The notes beneath the pieces were generated by a model. That model saw only the letters and a program-made list of their open reading frames with translations, was not told the DNA's origin and did not search any database. A program made the position numbers and the translations under genes. From the IMG/VR virus record IMGVR_UViG_3300033149_006357, positions 13,080-77,079 of that record: 64,000 nucleotides of DNA; one strand, given 5' to 3'. Shown piece by piece: positions 27,270 through 36,819 of this stretch; position 1 is the stretch's first letter, and each line of letters opens with the position of its first letter. This DNA is from a virus.

Positions 27270-28370
27270 CTACATCGCCCAAACTTCTTTGGCGAAGTCC
27301 TCGACATTATCGTCATCCTCGTTGCCAAGATCTCGGTCTTTATCGCCCTCGGTCTGCGTACTCAGCATAACGCTGCCGGGCAGGATATTGACCAGCCTGG
27401 CAATCGCTTTTCGGAAATACGCCACGACCTCATCCGCACTCCCCCTGTCCTCGAGCTTGACCGCATCGTCGCCATCGCCAATTGGCGCAAGGGACAGCGT
27501 ATCGCGCACCCAGTCCACGAAGACAGGCGGATGCCCCCTGCCATCATCGTCGCGGTAGTTCTCTGCGCTCATCACGACGTTATTCACGAGCGATTCGACC
27601 CACATCGCGCGATAACGATCCACAAGATCGCGCTGTTGATCTGCCTCGCTCTCAAGAGCCGTAAGGCGCTCTTCCAGCTCGCTCATCTCTGTCACAAGAC
27701 TATCCCGCTCTTCAACAAGCTGTCTGTACTCCTCAAGATTAATCTCGTTCATATCCTCCTCCAAATCATCCAGCGACATACGAATCTCTGGATGCTCCCA
27801 ATCTGGATGAAATTCGATGCTCGCGTACCTAAATTGGCCGTTCTTGATCACCTCCAGGCCGGTGGGAGTTGGCTTGACCAGTGCGCACAACCAGTCGCCA
27901 TTCATAAACAGATCCTCAAACCACCCAACTGCGCCAAAATCCGGTTTATGGCGATGATCTAGTGAGATATCTATCCCAACCCTGTTCATCTTGAAATTAT
28001 CGATGAACGACTGCAATGTAGCGTCATCGAACACAAGCTCGCCACCACGATACCTAAAACGGCCCCTCTTTACCAAATGGACAAGCAGCCGCTCGTCGCC
28101 CTCGTCCCCGATTATCTGAATCGGCGGCATATTTTTGATATGCGGCCTGTTCGTAATCGCGGCCCCAAGAACGGTAGGGCCAACTGTCTCCAAAATAAAT
28201 GTATCAAAAAAGTCGCCCATGACGCCCTTTTCTTTCAGCATCGCGGTGCAGATGGCATACGCCTGCTGCTCCGCATCCTGGCCCTCTTCCTTCGGTTCAG
28301 GACGAGAGCCCGGATCTTTCTTCCACTTCTCAAGAAGTGAGCTCACGCACCTCTCCAATGCTTCGGGCAT
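27270..28370 (-). CDS. Mu-like prohead protease/scaffold
   Basis: LGAAITNRP, DHRH, AVGW, G.FRYASIEF motifs, then an acidic coiled coil. Confidence 0.85.
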   Translation of the reverse strand: MPEALERCVSSLLEKWKKDPGSRPEPKEEGQDAEQQAYAICTAMLKEKGVMGDFFDTFILETVGPTVLGAAITNRPHIKNMPPIQIIGDEGDERLLVHLVKRGRFRYRGGELVFDDATLQSFIDNFKMNRVGIDISLDHRHKPDFGAVGWFEDLFMNGDWLCALVKPTPTGLEVIKNGQFRYASIEFHPDWEHPEIRMSLDDLEEDMNEINLEEYRQLVEERDSLVTEMSELEERLTALESEADQQRDLVDRYRAMWVESLVNNVVMSAENYRDDDGRGHPPVFVDWVRDTLSLAPIGDGDDAVKLEDRGSADEVVAYFRKAIARLVNILPGSVMLSTQTEGDKDRDLGNEDDDNVEDFAKEVWAM

Positions 28371-28387
28371 ATCACACCTCTCTAATT

Positions 28388-28416
28388 AGTATAACATCTA
28401 ATAAATAGTATGTCAA
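28388..28416 (-). promoter_or_regulatory. sigma70 promoter of the head/tail operon
   Basis: TTGACA-17 nt-TATACT with extended TG. Confidence 0.85.
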
Positions 28417-28754
28417 GTATCACTTACGCGCTCAAGAACGCTTATCCTGCCATCATACACCACGTATTCGCTTCCGTCGGACCTGATCCATTGCACATCA
28501 CAAAAATAGCTGCCAGGAGACACGTCTGTATCCGTCGGCGTCAGTGTAAATATGGCAACCCCGCTAGATCCCTGGGTTGCGACATCTGCATCCTTCTGAA
28601 TGGCCGCGCTCGCATCTGAATCGCTACGGTTCGATTTCATCGTAAAGCGCACAGTGTCCGACGTAATATTTTGGGCCACGCCATCTATTTTACACGTAAT
28701 CGTAAATCGCTTCGTTTCTCCAGCCCTAAAATCGCTAATGCGTGTCGTACTCAT
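28413..28754 (-). CDS. BppU-N-like Ig-fold virion protein
   Basis: GET..F....G.A.F.L.P.DT...G.Y..DVQ pattern. Confidence 0.7.
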   Translation of the reverse strand: MSTTRISDFRAGETKRFTITCKIDGVAQNITSDTVRFTMKSNRSDSDASAAIQKDADVATQGSSGVAIFTLTPTDTDVSPGSYFCDVQWIRSDGSEYVVYDGRISVLERVSDT

Positions 28755-28761
28755 ACACACC

Positions 28762-30447
28762 TCACAAATCGGCAACCATCTCATCTGCTACATAATCAAA
28801 TATTATAGCATCCGCACTCACAGCCCCAACGATCTCATCTGAAATCGGTATCTCTACAACATCTACAATCGCCACTGTTGGGCCATGCGATCTCACAACT
28901 AAAAACACAGCCGTTGGTGTATATGACATGGATGACATATATACATCCGGATTGACGGAAACGGCTATAGCGCTAATCGCCTCTGGCGCGATCCCGACAG
29001 ACCCAAGGACAACGGCCGGATCGACACCGGAAACAATTGCCACCGTCGGTGTTGGCGATATAGAAATCCCGCCAAGCACAACCGTTGGGGCAACACCGCC
29101 CGCCACCAGTGCAGACGGCGCAACCGTAACCACAATGCTGCCCAGTACAACCGCAGGATCCATTCCAGACGCAATAGCGCTAATGGAAGACGGACTTACA
29201 CTAACACTGCCCAACACAACAACGGGATCGGCTGCACCGGTCACAACTGAGCTTTCTGTCGGCACTACAATTAGATCCCCAGTGGTTACTGTTGGATCAA
29301 CCGTTGTCACAACACCAGATACGACGGCCGGCGTGACCACAACAGATCCAAGATCGACCGCAGGATCAACACCCGCCGTTACCGCCGAAATCGAGTCGGG
29401 CGATACCGCGACCGAGCCGAGAACCGTCATTGGATCAACCGTCGTCGCCACGCCTGACACGGCAGTCGGTGTAACCGTCAAAGATCCAAGCGCCACCTCC
29501 GGATCGACCACAGAGGCCACTGCCGACGTAGCGGTTGGCGTAATTGCGACAGACCCAAGTGCCACTTCTGGATCAATGCCCGTAACCACCACTGAGTCGG
29601 CAGCCGGTGCGATTGTCAAGGAACCGAGGACAACGGCCGGATCAACCTTGGTCGCTACAACAGATACAGAAGTTGGCGTAATTGTGACATCTCCGCCCGC
29701 TGTTGCAACTTCCAAATACTGGATCGGGAGAAGGTATGCAGTGCCACCAGCACGGGCACGGACGATCTCATACCGCCGCCGCACCTCGGTGGCGGAGAGG
29801 GCGCGGTTGTAGATGCGGGCCATGAGCAAAAGCCCGGCTGGAACTTCAGCGCCAGCGACAAAATCTGAATCTCGGCCAAGATAGATATCAGTTGCAGAAG
29901 CAAATGAATAGCTGATAGATGCTGCCGTAGTATTCTGTTCTGCTACCTGCTCCCCATTATGGTAAACGCGTTGAAACTCTCCTCCTTTGAATACTGCAAC
30001 GACATGAGCCAACTCTTGTGCCACAATATATGCCCCATACCCAGCCAAGTACGTGGTATTGCCATCTCCAACGTAAAATCGCCAATCGTCATTAACCTGA
30101 TATAGTAGCCAGCCATCATCATCGCGCTGATGAGAGAAGATCTTCCCGCCAGCGTCGATGCGATCTGGGATAAACAACGCTTCCAGCGTCAACTCTGCGG
30201 TTGGTTCCAAGTGATCGGCGGCATCAATCTTGACCCATGTCCAGTTACTTATGTCGTCCTGTAGGCGAAGAGCGGGACCATATTGTGTAGCTTCCCTCCT
30301 GACCGTATTCTCTATTGCTGCGGCATGCCCGTACCTGGTATAGTCTGGCACGAACAGCCCATGATCACGGTCGAATCGCCATTCCCCGACTAGGCCGCGA
30401 TCAAGCGGATCGCTAAGTTGTGGCATACCTGGCAATAGAATGCTCAT
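28762..30447 (-). CDS. LamG-like domain plus 12 x 23-aa repeat stalk protein
   Basis: LVGEWRFD...HVVAVF...RIYNRALS LamG motifs followed by tandem repeats. Confidence 0.8.
   Translation of the reverse strand: MSILLPGMPQLSDPLDRGLVGEWRFDRDHGLFVPDYTRYGHAAAIENTVRREATQYGPALRLQDDISNWTWVKIDAADHLEPTAELTLEALFIPDRIDAGGKIFSHQRDDDGWLLYQVNDDWRFYVGDGNTTYLAGYGAYIVAQELAHVVAVFKGGEFQRVYHNGEQVAEQNTTAASISYSFASATDIYLGRDSDFVAGAEVPAGLLLMARIYNRALSATEVRRRYEIVRARAGGTAYLLPIQYLEVATAGGDVTITPTSVSVVATKVDPAVVLGSLTIAPAADSVVVTGIDPEVALGSVAITPTATSAVASVVDPEVALGSLTVTPTAVSGVATTVDPMTVLGSVAVSPDSISAVTAGVDPAVDLGSVVVTPAVVSGVVTTVDPTVTTGDLIVVPTESSVVTGAADPVVVLGSVSVSPSSISAIASGMDPAVVLGSIVVTVAPSALVAGGVAPTVVLGGISISPTPTVAIVSGVDPAVVLGSVGIAPEAISAIAVSVNPDVYMSSMSYTPTAVFLVVRSHGPTVAIVDVVEIPISDEIVGAVSADAIIFDYVADEMVADL
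28861..29688 (-). repeat. 12 tandem 69-bp (23-aa) repeats
   Basis: Consensus approximately VxVxPxxVSAVxxGVDPxVVLGS with an exact 23-aa period. Confidence 0.85.
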
Positions 30448-30454
30448 CTATCCT

Positions 30455-30808
30455 CTACGCGGCGGAGTAGGTATTTGCATACCACTGGTATTGCCGTGTG
30501 ATACGATCTGGTACTACAGCCTCCAGTTCCGCAAACCGGGCACGTAGGCGCTCCAGATAGTCCCCTGGCGGATCGTTCCTATGATAGGAGACCGCCCCCC
30601 GAATCTCGACTAGATCGCCTGCGCGGATCGCGTCCAGTTCAGCTTGCACGATGTCGGGAACGGCGGACTGGAAATTGGCAATATCCGGGTCTGATGCCAT
30701 CCTGTCCCTGATCTCCTGCGCAACCCCAGTGGGCACGTGCAATACGTATTGGTATGATGTCCGATAGATGTTTCGGACGGTCCCTCGAAGGATATGGATG
30801 TCGGCCAT
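30455..30808 (-). CDS. hypothetical virion-associated protein
   Basis: Coupled ORF in the late block. Confidence 0.6.
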   Translation of the reverse strand: MADIHILRGTVRNIYRTSYQYVLHVPTGVAQEIRDRMASDPDIANFQSAVPDIVQAELDAIRAGDLVEIRGAVSYHRNDPPGDYLERLRARFAELEAVVPDRITRQYQWYANTYSAA

Positions 30809-31197
30809 TACTGATACGCTCCCATTGCGGATACCCAGACGTCCACACTGTCCGTGCTATCGTTGTTCGTCACGGACACGCGTAGGGTATCCAGTGCTGA
30901 AACGTTGATCTGGTACGTGGCCCGCTCCTCACTGCTCGTTACCTCTGGGATCGAGGCTTCGAACAGCGCGAGCGTATCGACCTCGTTCGCCCCATCGGCA
31001 TCCACGCCGAACAGCTCGACCGTCACATCGGCGTCCGGCGTGCCGCCAAAGATAACAACCACCTTGATTGCCACCACGATATACGGGTTCGCGCCATTGC
31101 AATCAATGTCCCCGGTCGTGGTGGACCCGGCAGTGACGGTGGTCTTGCTACCGTCTGAGCCGATTACATCTGCCCAAGCACTTTTCGTCCAAGCCAT
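30808..31197 (-). CDS. hypothetical beta-sandwich virion protein
   Basis: T/V/D-rich beta pattern; AGGAG RBS. Confidence 0.6.
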   Translation of the reverse strand: MAWTKSAWADVIGSDGSKTTVTAGSTTTGDIDCNGANPYIVVAIKVVVIFGGTPDADVTVELFGVDADGANEVDTLALFEASIPEVTSSEERATYQINVSALDTLRVSVTNNDSTDSVDVWVSAMGAYQ

Positions 31198-31208
31198 GGG
31201 TCATCTCC

Positions 31209-31667
31209 TTAGGATTCGTTCAGTCGGAGCTCGAGATCCTGGAGCGTCAGCGTCTGTCCATCCGACACGGTTCTGTCACTGGACAAGTCCCAGTAAGCCA
31301 ACACCTCGCGGTTGGCTACCGTGCCGTCGTCATCCGTGAGCACGGCATACCGAGCGCCATTGCCGGACGCGGGGATAGGCCCGCCACTGGCCGTCCACGA
31401 CACGTCCTTGACCTGAACCAGCGCCCGATCATTCGCGTCGTCCTCGGTCAGCGTATCAAAGTCCGTTGAGTTGCGGTCCAACTGATACCCGCCACTAGTA
31501 TATCCATTACCCGCAGCAATCTCTGTGAGATCGCCGAGTACATTAGTGTCTGGGTCAGGCGCCGTGGCGCTCGTGACCAACGCAACATAAAAGTTGGTCG
31601 GCGCGCCTGTGTTGCGAAAATAGGCGTCCAAAATCGCCTGTTTTCCCCTATTCGTCCATCCTGCCAT
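31209..31667 (-). CDS. virion structural protein (fibre/anchor family)
   Basis: TN.GK...YVAL...E....GY..GG...WTASGG...L..WD...TL motif common in phage structural genes. Confidence 0.7.
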   Translation of the reverse strand: MAGWTNRGKQAILDAYFRNTGAPTNFYVALVTSATAPDPDTNVLGDLTEIAAGNGYTSGGYQLDRNSTDFDTLTEDDANDRALVQVKDVSWTASGGPIPASGNGARYAVLTDDDGTVANREVLAYWDLSSDRTVSDGQTLTLQDLELRLNES

Positions 31668-31798
31668 TCTCCTTACCTCCTCTTACAAGTTTCAAAGCGA
31701 TAGAAGCTAATAGGAATACCTCAAACAAGGCGAAATCGTCACAGTAACGACATCGGTGCTCCTGATGGCCGCTCCAGGAACATAGACAATACTCGTTT

Positions 31799-32239
31799 CT
31801 AACGTTGGCCTCTTGCATTTGTATCTCCCGACTTCATTCTCTCAACGCTTTTCTCAAGGACCGCTATCCTGCCATCAACCTCTTGCCAGTACGACTTGGA
31901 TGTCTTGTCATGATCCTGCGCCCAATCCTTTAGCCTGAGAACACAATCCGTCACGTCTTCGACCGTGCCCGCGACGTCCACCATCGACTTGTTCAGCGCA
32001 GAAATGCTCTCCTTCACCTCTGATAGCGCGCCCACCATCTCGGCGGTCAGGTTTCGCCATGACGAAATATAATCGTTTCTCGCCCTGACCGCATCGTCTA
32101 CAAGGCCACGTATAAATGCGTCGTAGCTCTCCCGGCTTGTCTCGAGCTGTGTAAAATATTGCCTCAAAAAAACAGACACACCGATTAACACGAGCGCCAA
32201 CAACCCCAAAGCACCATACTGGAGGAATTCGCTTTCCAT
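31799..32239 (-). CDS. single-TM coiled-coil protein (holin/hemolysin-like)
   Basis: QYGALGLLALVLIGV transmembrane segment followed by a coiled coil. Confidence 0.55.
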   Translation of the reverse strand: MESEFLQYGALGLLALVLIGVSVFLRQYFTQLETSRESYDAFIRGLVDDAVRARNDYISSWRNLTAEMVGALSEVKESISALNKSMVDVAGTVEDVTDCVLRLKDWAQDHDKTSKSYWQEVDGRIAVLEKSVERMKSGDTNARGQR

Positions 32240-32271
32240 GCTATACCCAATCGTTTAGTATTATTACACAA

Positions 32272-32300
32272 AGTATAACATTCCTATCCGCTAAAGTCAA
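32272..32300 (-). promoter_or_regulatory. sigma70 promoter
   Basis: TTGACT-17 nt-TATACT with extended TG. Confidence 0.75.
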
Positions 32301-35300
32301 AAAACTTTCCCAAGCTCAATGATCTTTTCCTCAAAGAATCGCGCAACGGGTTCCCACCTCAAATCTTGCAGTATATGAGATGACCGGTCTTTGAGGCGAT
32401 CCGCAAGTCCAGAAGTATACTTGATATCCAGTATCGCGTTCGCAACATCGACCGGGTCGGCCAACAAGAGCTTCGCCCCAGAATGCCAGGTCGTCCAGTG
32501 CTTCGGCCTCACCATGTAGCAATACTTTGAATGCACCTCCGACCTCACCATGCCATCCTCAACGGAGATCGTCGGTACGCCACATGCGGCCACCTCCAAC
32601 GGAGGCAGACCGAACCCCTCCGCACTGCTCACATCGACATATGCATCCATCAGCCCATACCGCGTGATCATATCCAGGTTGTTGAAAATCGCGCCCCTCA
32701 TCTGCGCCGATGGCGGCATGCTCAACAAATACTCGTCCAGTTCATCCCATCCGTTATACGGAACACCCTTCCACATATTCTCGAATTCGACCGGAAACAA
32801 GATATGTTTTGAAAGTGGCAGCCCAGTAAGCCTCTCCTCTCGCTCGATAATCCAGGGCAGATCCCATCCCTGCATAACATGGCGATTGTACTTTTTCGTG
32901 TGTAAATACAGGTATACATCATCCTCGCCCCTCTCAAGCAATATCTTCACGGCCTCGATCAAGTACGGCTGCTGTTTGACGCGCTTGTTCGTCCCAACAT
33001 TGCAAATCACAAACTTGCCATCAAAGCCAACCAGCTTTCGGTATCTCGACCGCTTCTCCTCGGACAACGGCGCAAATGGCGCGTGATCCATGCCATGATA
33101 CTGCCAAAAAACGCCAGTATCCTGACCAAATACTCTGTTTATTGCATCCACCCCGGACTTGCAATACGTCACGGCGACATTCACTTTCTCCACAAGCTGC
33201 ACGGTCGGCTTGTTGATGCCATCCCCCTCGACCGGGAAATACACGATCTTCGGAAGGGATCCCTGACCAAGCGCATCCAAAGACATCAGATGCGCCATAG
33301 CAGATCCGGGGTCGTAAAGCTCAAAATATACGTGTGGTTGAGCCCACCTCACAAACTCCGGCAGCATCTTATATCCCTGCAAATCATCCGGATGCATGGG
33401 GTAAAAATTGAACGGCAATTCGTCTTTCTTTGGCACATCCGTATCCATGATTCCAAATACGTACAGGTCAATATCGTCATTCTCGATAAGCCGCTTGTAT
33501 ATTTCGTTAACAACCACGCCGAAGCCGGTCGTCAACCTGGGGCTGTCCGCAACGGCCGCGACCCTGATCTTCCTCTTTGTAGTTATTACTTTGTTAACCT
33601 TTACCTCAAGCGCTAAACCGTTCACGCGATGGATCATATCGATAACCTGCGCAACATACCTCTCATCCGAATAAAACGAGTCGTCGGCGCACAAACTGAC
33701 CCCAAACGCATCATCGCCCCATGACGCAACATCCAATGTGATTTGCTTTAGCTCATCTACTGTTTTCCAGCGAAACCGATCCGGCACCGTTTCCCTGTGG
33801 CCACCAGCGTCAAACGCTATCGGCACACACCCAGCGCCCATGGCCTCCAATGGCACAAGGCCGAAATGCTCACACTCGTTCGGATAGTCTTTTCCATATA
33901 TCCCCTTAAAGCACCAGACCATCTTCGCCCCGCGATATAGAGACTCCAAATCGCCCTGAGGAATATCCTCGAGCAAAACGATATTATCAAGCCCTTTAAT
34001 GCTACTGGCAATCAGCTCCTCATACTCTGCAAACCTGCCCGTCTTTCCGCCAACGACGACGAGCTTCCAGCCATCCAGCTCCATCCTAACGAACTCATCG
34101 ATTGCCGCAAGCGGGGCTTTAAACGGATCAAGCCGCCCAACAAACAGGATAATATTCTCTTTCTTGCCAGGGCCGTATTTCGGCACAGAATGGTAAACCG
34201 GAAAGACACAGCTCCGATCTATGTTCCACCGCTTGCAAACCCATTCCGCTGTGAACTTTGAATTGGTCATGATCGCGCCGTAATCTTTTACATCTTTCAG
34301 CTTTCCGTCCGGGAAAAAGATGTACGCGAGGTAGCGCCTTGCTTTCACCGGTTTGAACAACTCGTGACCCATAACGATGCACACATCGTACTCATCCAGC
34401 TCATCTCCCTCCTCGTACCTAAAACCAAACAAGGACTCACACTCATCCGGAGAATAATAAGCATCCGTGAAAACAGGATATGCATCGATCCCGTTTTCCT
34501 GCAACAGATGCACGAGCTGATAAAACGATTTCTGTGCGCCACCCACACCGTGGCTGTGCTGACACCACACCGCAACGGTTGGTTTAAAATTGATCGCCCT
34601 AATCAAGGGCAGCCTCGATCTCCACTTTAAATTGTCCATGTACTGCGCCCTGCCGACATCCGCCGTCGCGCGTATCCCGCCAGATGCCTTGAGGTGTTGG
34701 CCAAACGCAGTCGGACAAATCACAAGCCTCTTCCCCGCCAGAAACAGCCTGTATGTCCCATCGGTCTCCTCGCCATGCGCCACGCCCGGCGAGTACACCT
34801 CTGGCCACCCGCCGACCTCGCGCATGGCATCGGCATTATACAGACAATTCGAGTATATATGTTCGACTTCCTGAAAATCATCTAGATCATGGTACATCCT
34901 TTGTTGCCAATTTGAGTTCCGAAACCCAACTCGCCCGGAGATCTCATCTTTCTTGTCAAGAGGAACTACCCCTACATGCGACATATCATGAAATACATCA
35001 TCGATATACTCCGACTCAAACCACAACCCACCGACCGCATCGACCTTTTTGTCGATCGCGGTATTCACCATGCTTTCAAGAACACGTCTCGATAATATGA
35101 TGTCGTCGTCGGCCCTGAATATGTATTTGTACCCCCTAAATCTCGGATCGTAAAGCGGGATGTTGTGATTATGTGCCTGGGAAATATGAGATCCCTCGAC
35201 AACAAAGACACCCCTGACAAGAGAGTGGAGGCCCAACAGAGCCTCTGTTGTTTTCGTCGCACCGACTTTCTCCGTTCCATCGTTGATAATAAGAATATCA

Positions 35301-35392
35301 AAATCCTGATACGTCTGCAACAACAAAGACGCCAAAAGCCTACCCAAAATAGAATCCCGATTTTTCGTGCTAATCTCAACCAGAATACGCAC
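32297..35392 (-). CDS. three-domain glycosyltransferase (GT2-like + two GT4-like)
   Basis: INDG, ADDD (DxD) and GEETD; EHFGLVPLEAM; TGFG and EGFGLPPLEVAA. GTG start with GGAGG RBS. Confidence 0.88.
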   Translation of the reverse strand: MRILVEISTKNRDSILGRLLASLLLQTYQDFDILIINDGTEKVGATKTTEALLGLHSLVRGVFVVEGSHISQAHNHNIPLYDPRFRGYKYIFRADDDIILSRRVLESMVNTAIDKKVDAVGGLWFESEYIDDVFHDMSHVGVVPLDKKDEISGRVGFRNSNWQQRMYHDLDDFQEVEHIYSNCLYNADAMREVGGWPEVYSPGVAHGEETDGTYRLFLAGKRLVICPTAFGQHLKASGGIRATADVGRAQYMDNLKWRSRLPLIRAINFKPTVAVWCQHSHGVGGAQKSFYQLVHLLQENGIDAYPVFTDAYYSPDECESLFGFRYEEGDELDEYDVCIVMGHELFKPVKARRYLAYIFFPDGKLKDVKDYGAIMTNSKFTAEWVCKRWNIDRSCVFPVYHSVPKYGPGKKENIILFVGRLDPFKAPLAAIDEFVRMELDGWKLVVVGGKTGRFAEYEELIASSIKGLDNIVLLEDIPQGDLESLYRGAKMVWCFKGIYGKDYPNECEHFGLVPLEAMGAGCVPIAFDAGGHRETVPDRFRWKTVDELKQITLDVASWGDDAFGVSLCADDSFYSDERYVAQVIDMIHRVNGLALEVKVNKVITTKRKIRVAAVADSPRLTTGFGVVVNEIYKRLIENDDIDLYVFGIMDTDVPKKDELPFNFYPMHPDDLQGYKMLPEFVRWAQPHVYFELYDPGSAMAHLMSLDALGQGSLPKIVYFPVEGDGINKPTVQLVEKVNVAVTYCKSGVDAINRVFGQDTGVFWQYHGMDHAPFAPLSEEKRSRYRKLVGFDGKFVICNVGTNKRVKQQPYLIEAVKILLERGEDDVYLYLHTKKYNRHVMQGWDLPWIIEREERLTGLPLSKHILFPVEFENMWKGVPYNGWDELDEYLLSMPPSAQMRGAIFNNLDMITRYGLMDAYVDVSSAEGFGLPPLEVAACGVPTISVEDGMVRSEVHSKYCYMVRPKHWTTWHSGAKLLLADPVDVANAILDIKYTSGLADRLKDRSSHILQDLRWEPVARFFEEKIIELGKVF

Positions 35393-36374
35393 AGTACGAC
35401 CTCCAATGCTTTGAAAACGAATCAAAATCGCAGTGAGATATAGCCCACTCTCTTGCCATGCCCACCTTGTACCTTCTATCCAATCTCCTCATGGCCTCCC
35501 TGACTGCATATGGCGAGATGTCATCCAGTATCTCGCCGCACCCGTCATCCATCTCGCATGCAAGGCCGGTCGTATATGTCACAAGCGGCACGTCGCACGC
35601 AAGAGCCTCCATCAACAGGTACGCGTTGCCCTCGTGCCTTGTTGGCGCGATCAACATCTTTGCTTGCCCAAGACGCCTCGCCTCTCTGGTCATTCTTCCA
35701 GAAAACTCATTCATTGGGGCAACTTCGATATCAAACAAATCATACAATGCACGAATTACGTCCGCCCCCTTCCTTGCGGACGTTGCCCCATGCATCAAAA
35801 GCTCGCCTCTCTCCTCTGGCGGCCTGTAAATGTCCAAAAATATGCCGTGATGAATAACCTCGACATCCTTATCGATCCCGGCGCGCCTCAGGTCATCCGC
35901 ACAGTCCTTGCTCACGCAGACGACATCGACGCTCTCATCGCTCCACAGATCGTGCTGGGCAAATACGTGGTCCATCCCAACCGCTTCGCCCCACGGATAC
36001 ACCTGAGACTGAAGCCACCTTCCAAAATACGAGCCATGAACAACGCTGATCAGGCGCCCGACTTTTCCCTGCAGGCCAGTACCCCAGTAACCATCCGCGA
36101 TCACGATCGTGCTGTCATCGACAATGCCGTTCTCCAGCAGGTACTCATTCAAAACGGCGGCGCACACATAATCCGGCTGCTTTACGTTGATCCACCCAGG
36201 GTAATCCGACCATGAGATCAACTTGAGGTCCGGGACCGCCTTGGACAGATAATAGGCAAACTTCTCAACACCGCCACACTGTATACCGACCTTATCATTT
36301 CTCTTGTACTTTGATACGTGTATGACATTCATCTTCGCTCCTTTCGGCAATAATCCACGCGGCCTTTTCGCCAT
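35376..36374 (-). CDS. GT4-family glycosyltransferase
   Basis: GGVEK, RKG and EGNAYLLMEALAC motifs. Confidence 0.85.
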   Translation of the reverse strand: MAKRPRGLLPKGAKMNVIHVSKYKRNDKVGIQCGGVEKFAYYLSKAVPDLKLISWSDYPGWINVKQPDYVCAAVLNEYLLENGIVDDSTIVIADGYWGTGLQGKVGRLISVVHGSYFGRWLQSQVYPWGEAVGMDHVFAQHDLWSDESVDVVCVSKDCADDLRRAGIDKDVEVIHHGIFLDIYRPPEERGELLMHGATSARKGADVIRALYDLFDIEVAPMNEFSGRMTREARRLGQAKMLIAPTRHEGNAYLLMEALACDVPLVTYTTGLACEMDDGCGEILDDISPYAVREAMRRLDRRYKVGMAREWAISHCDFDSFSKHWRSYCAYSG

Positions 36375-36819
36375 TCCAATCCGGATCGATCATTATCCCA
36401 TATACCACACACACCTCCTCGATCTTGTACACCACCATAGACAAGTTGCACTTGTCCACGGGCACATACATAAACAGCCTGCCGCCGATTTTCAGTTTTG
36501 GGATCACGCTATCGACCGCATCGCGCGGATGTACGTCATCCCATAGATCATCCAACAGGAAAGCGTTGTCTATAATCCCGTCCGCAGCGCCCTCTATATT
36601 CTTATTGATTATAATATCCACCAACGTCGGATGATCGCGCGCAAGCAGCTTGACCTCGCGCGGCAAATCGCCGACAAGCACCGCATACTCGGCGCGAACG
36701 TTATGGTTTATAGCGATGTATGGCCTATCTGTACGCGCAACCTGCATGCACAAACCCATTTCATCGCCCATAAAGTAGATAAAGTTTTTATCGTGCCAAT
36801 ACCATGTCTCTTTACCCAA
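36295..36819 (-). CDS. hypothetical protein (degenerate methyltransferase-like)
   Basis: LKIGGRLF..VP C-terminal MTase-like motif, but no clear motif I. Confidence 0.45.
   Translation of the reverse strand: MGKETWYWHDKNFIYFMGDEMGLCMQVARTDRPYIAINHNVRAEYAVLVGDLPREVKLLARDHPTLVDIIINKNIEGAADGIIDNAFLLDDLWDDVHPRDAVDSVIPKLKIGGRLFMYVPVDKCNLSMVVYKIEEVCVVYGIMIDPDWNGEKAAWIIAERSEDECHTRIKVQEK

Noticed and set aside
28928-29812. 294-aa Thr-rich 'mucin-like' + strand ORF
   Set aside because: Antisense mirror of the Val-rich 23-aa repeat gene.
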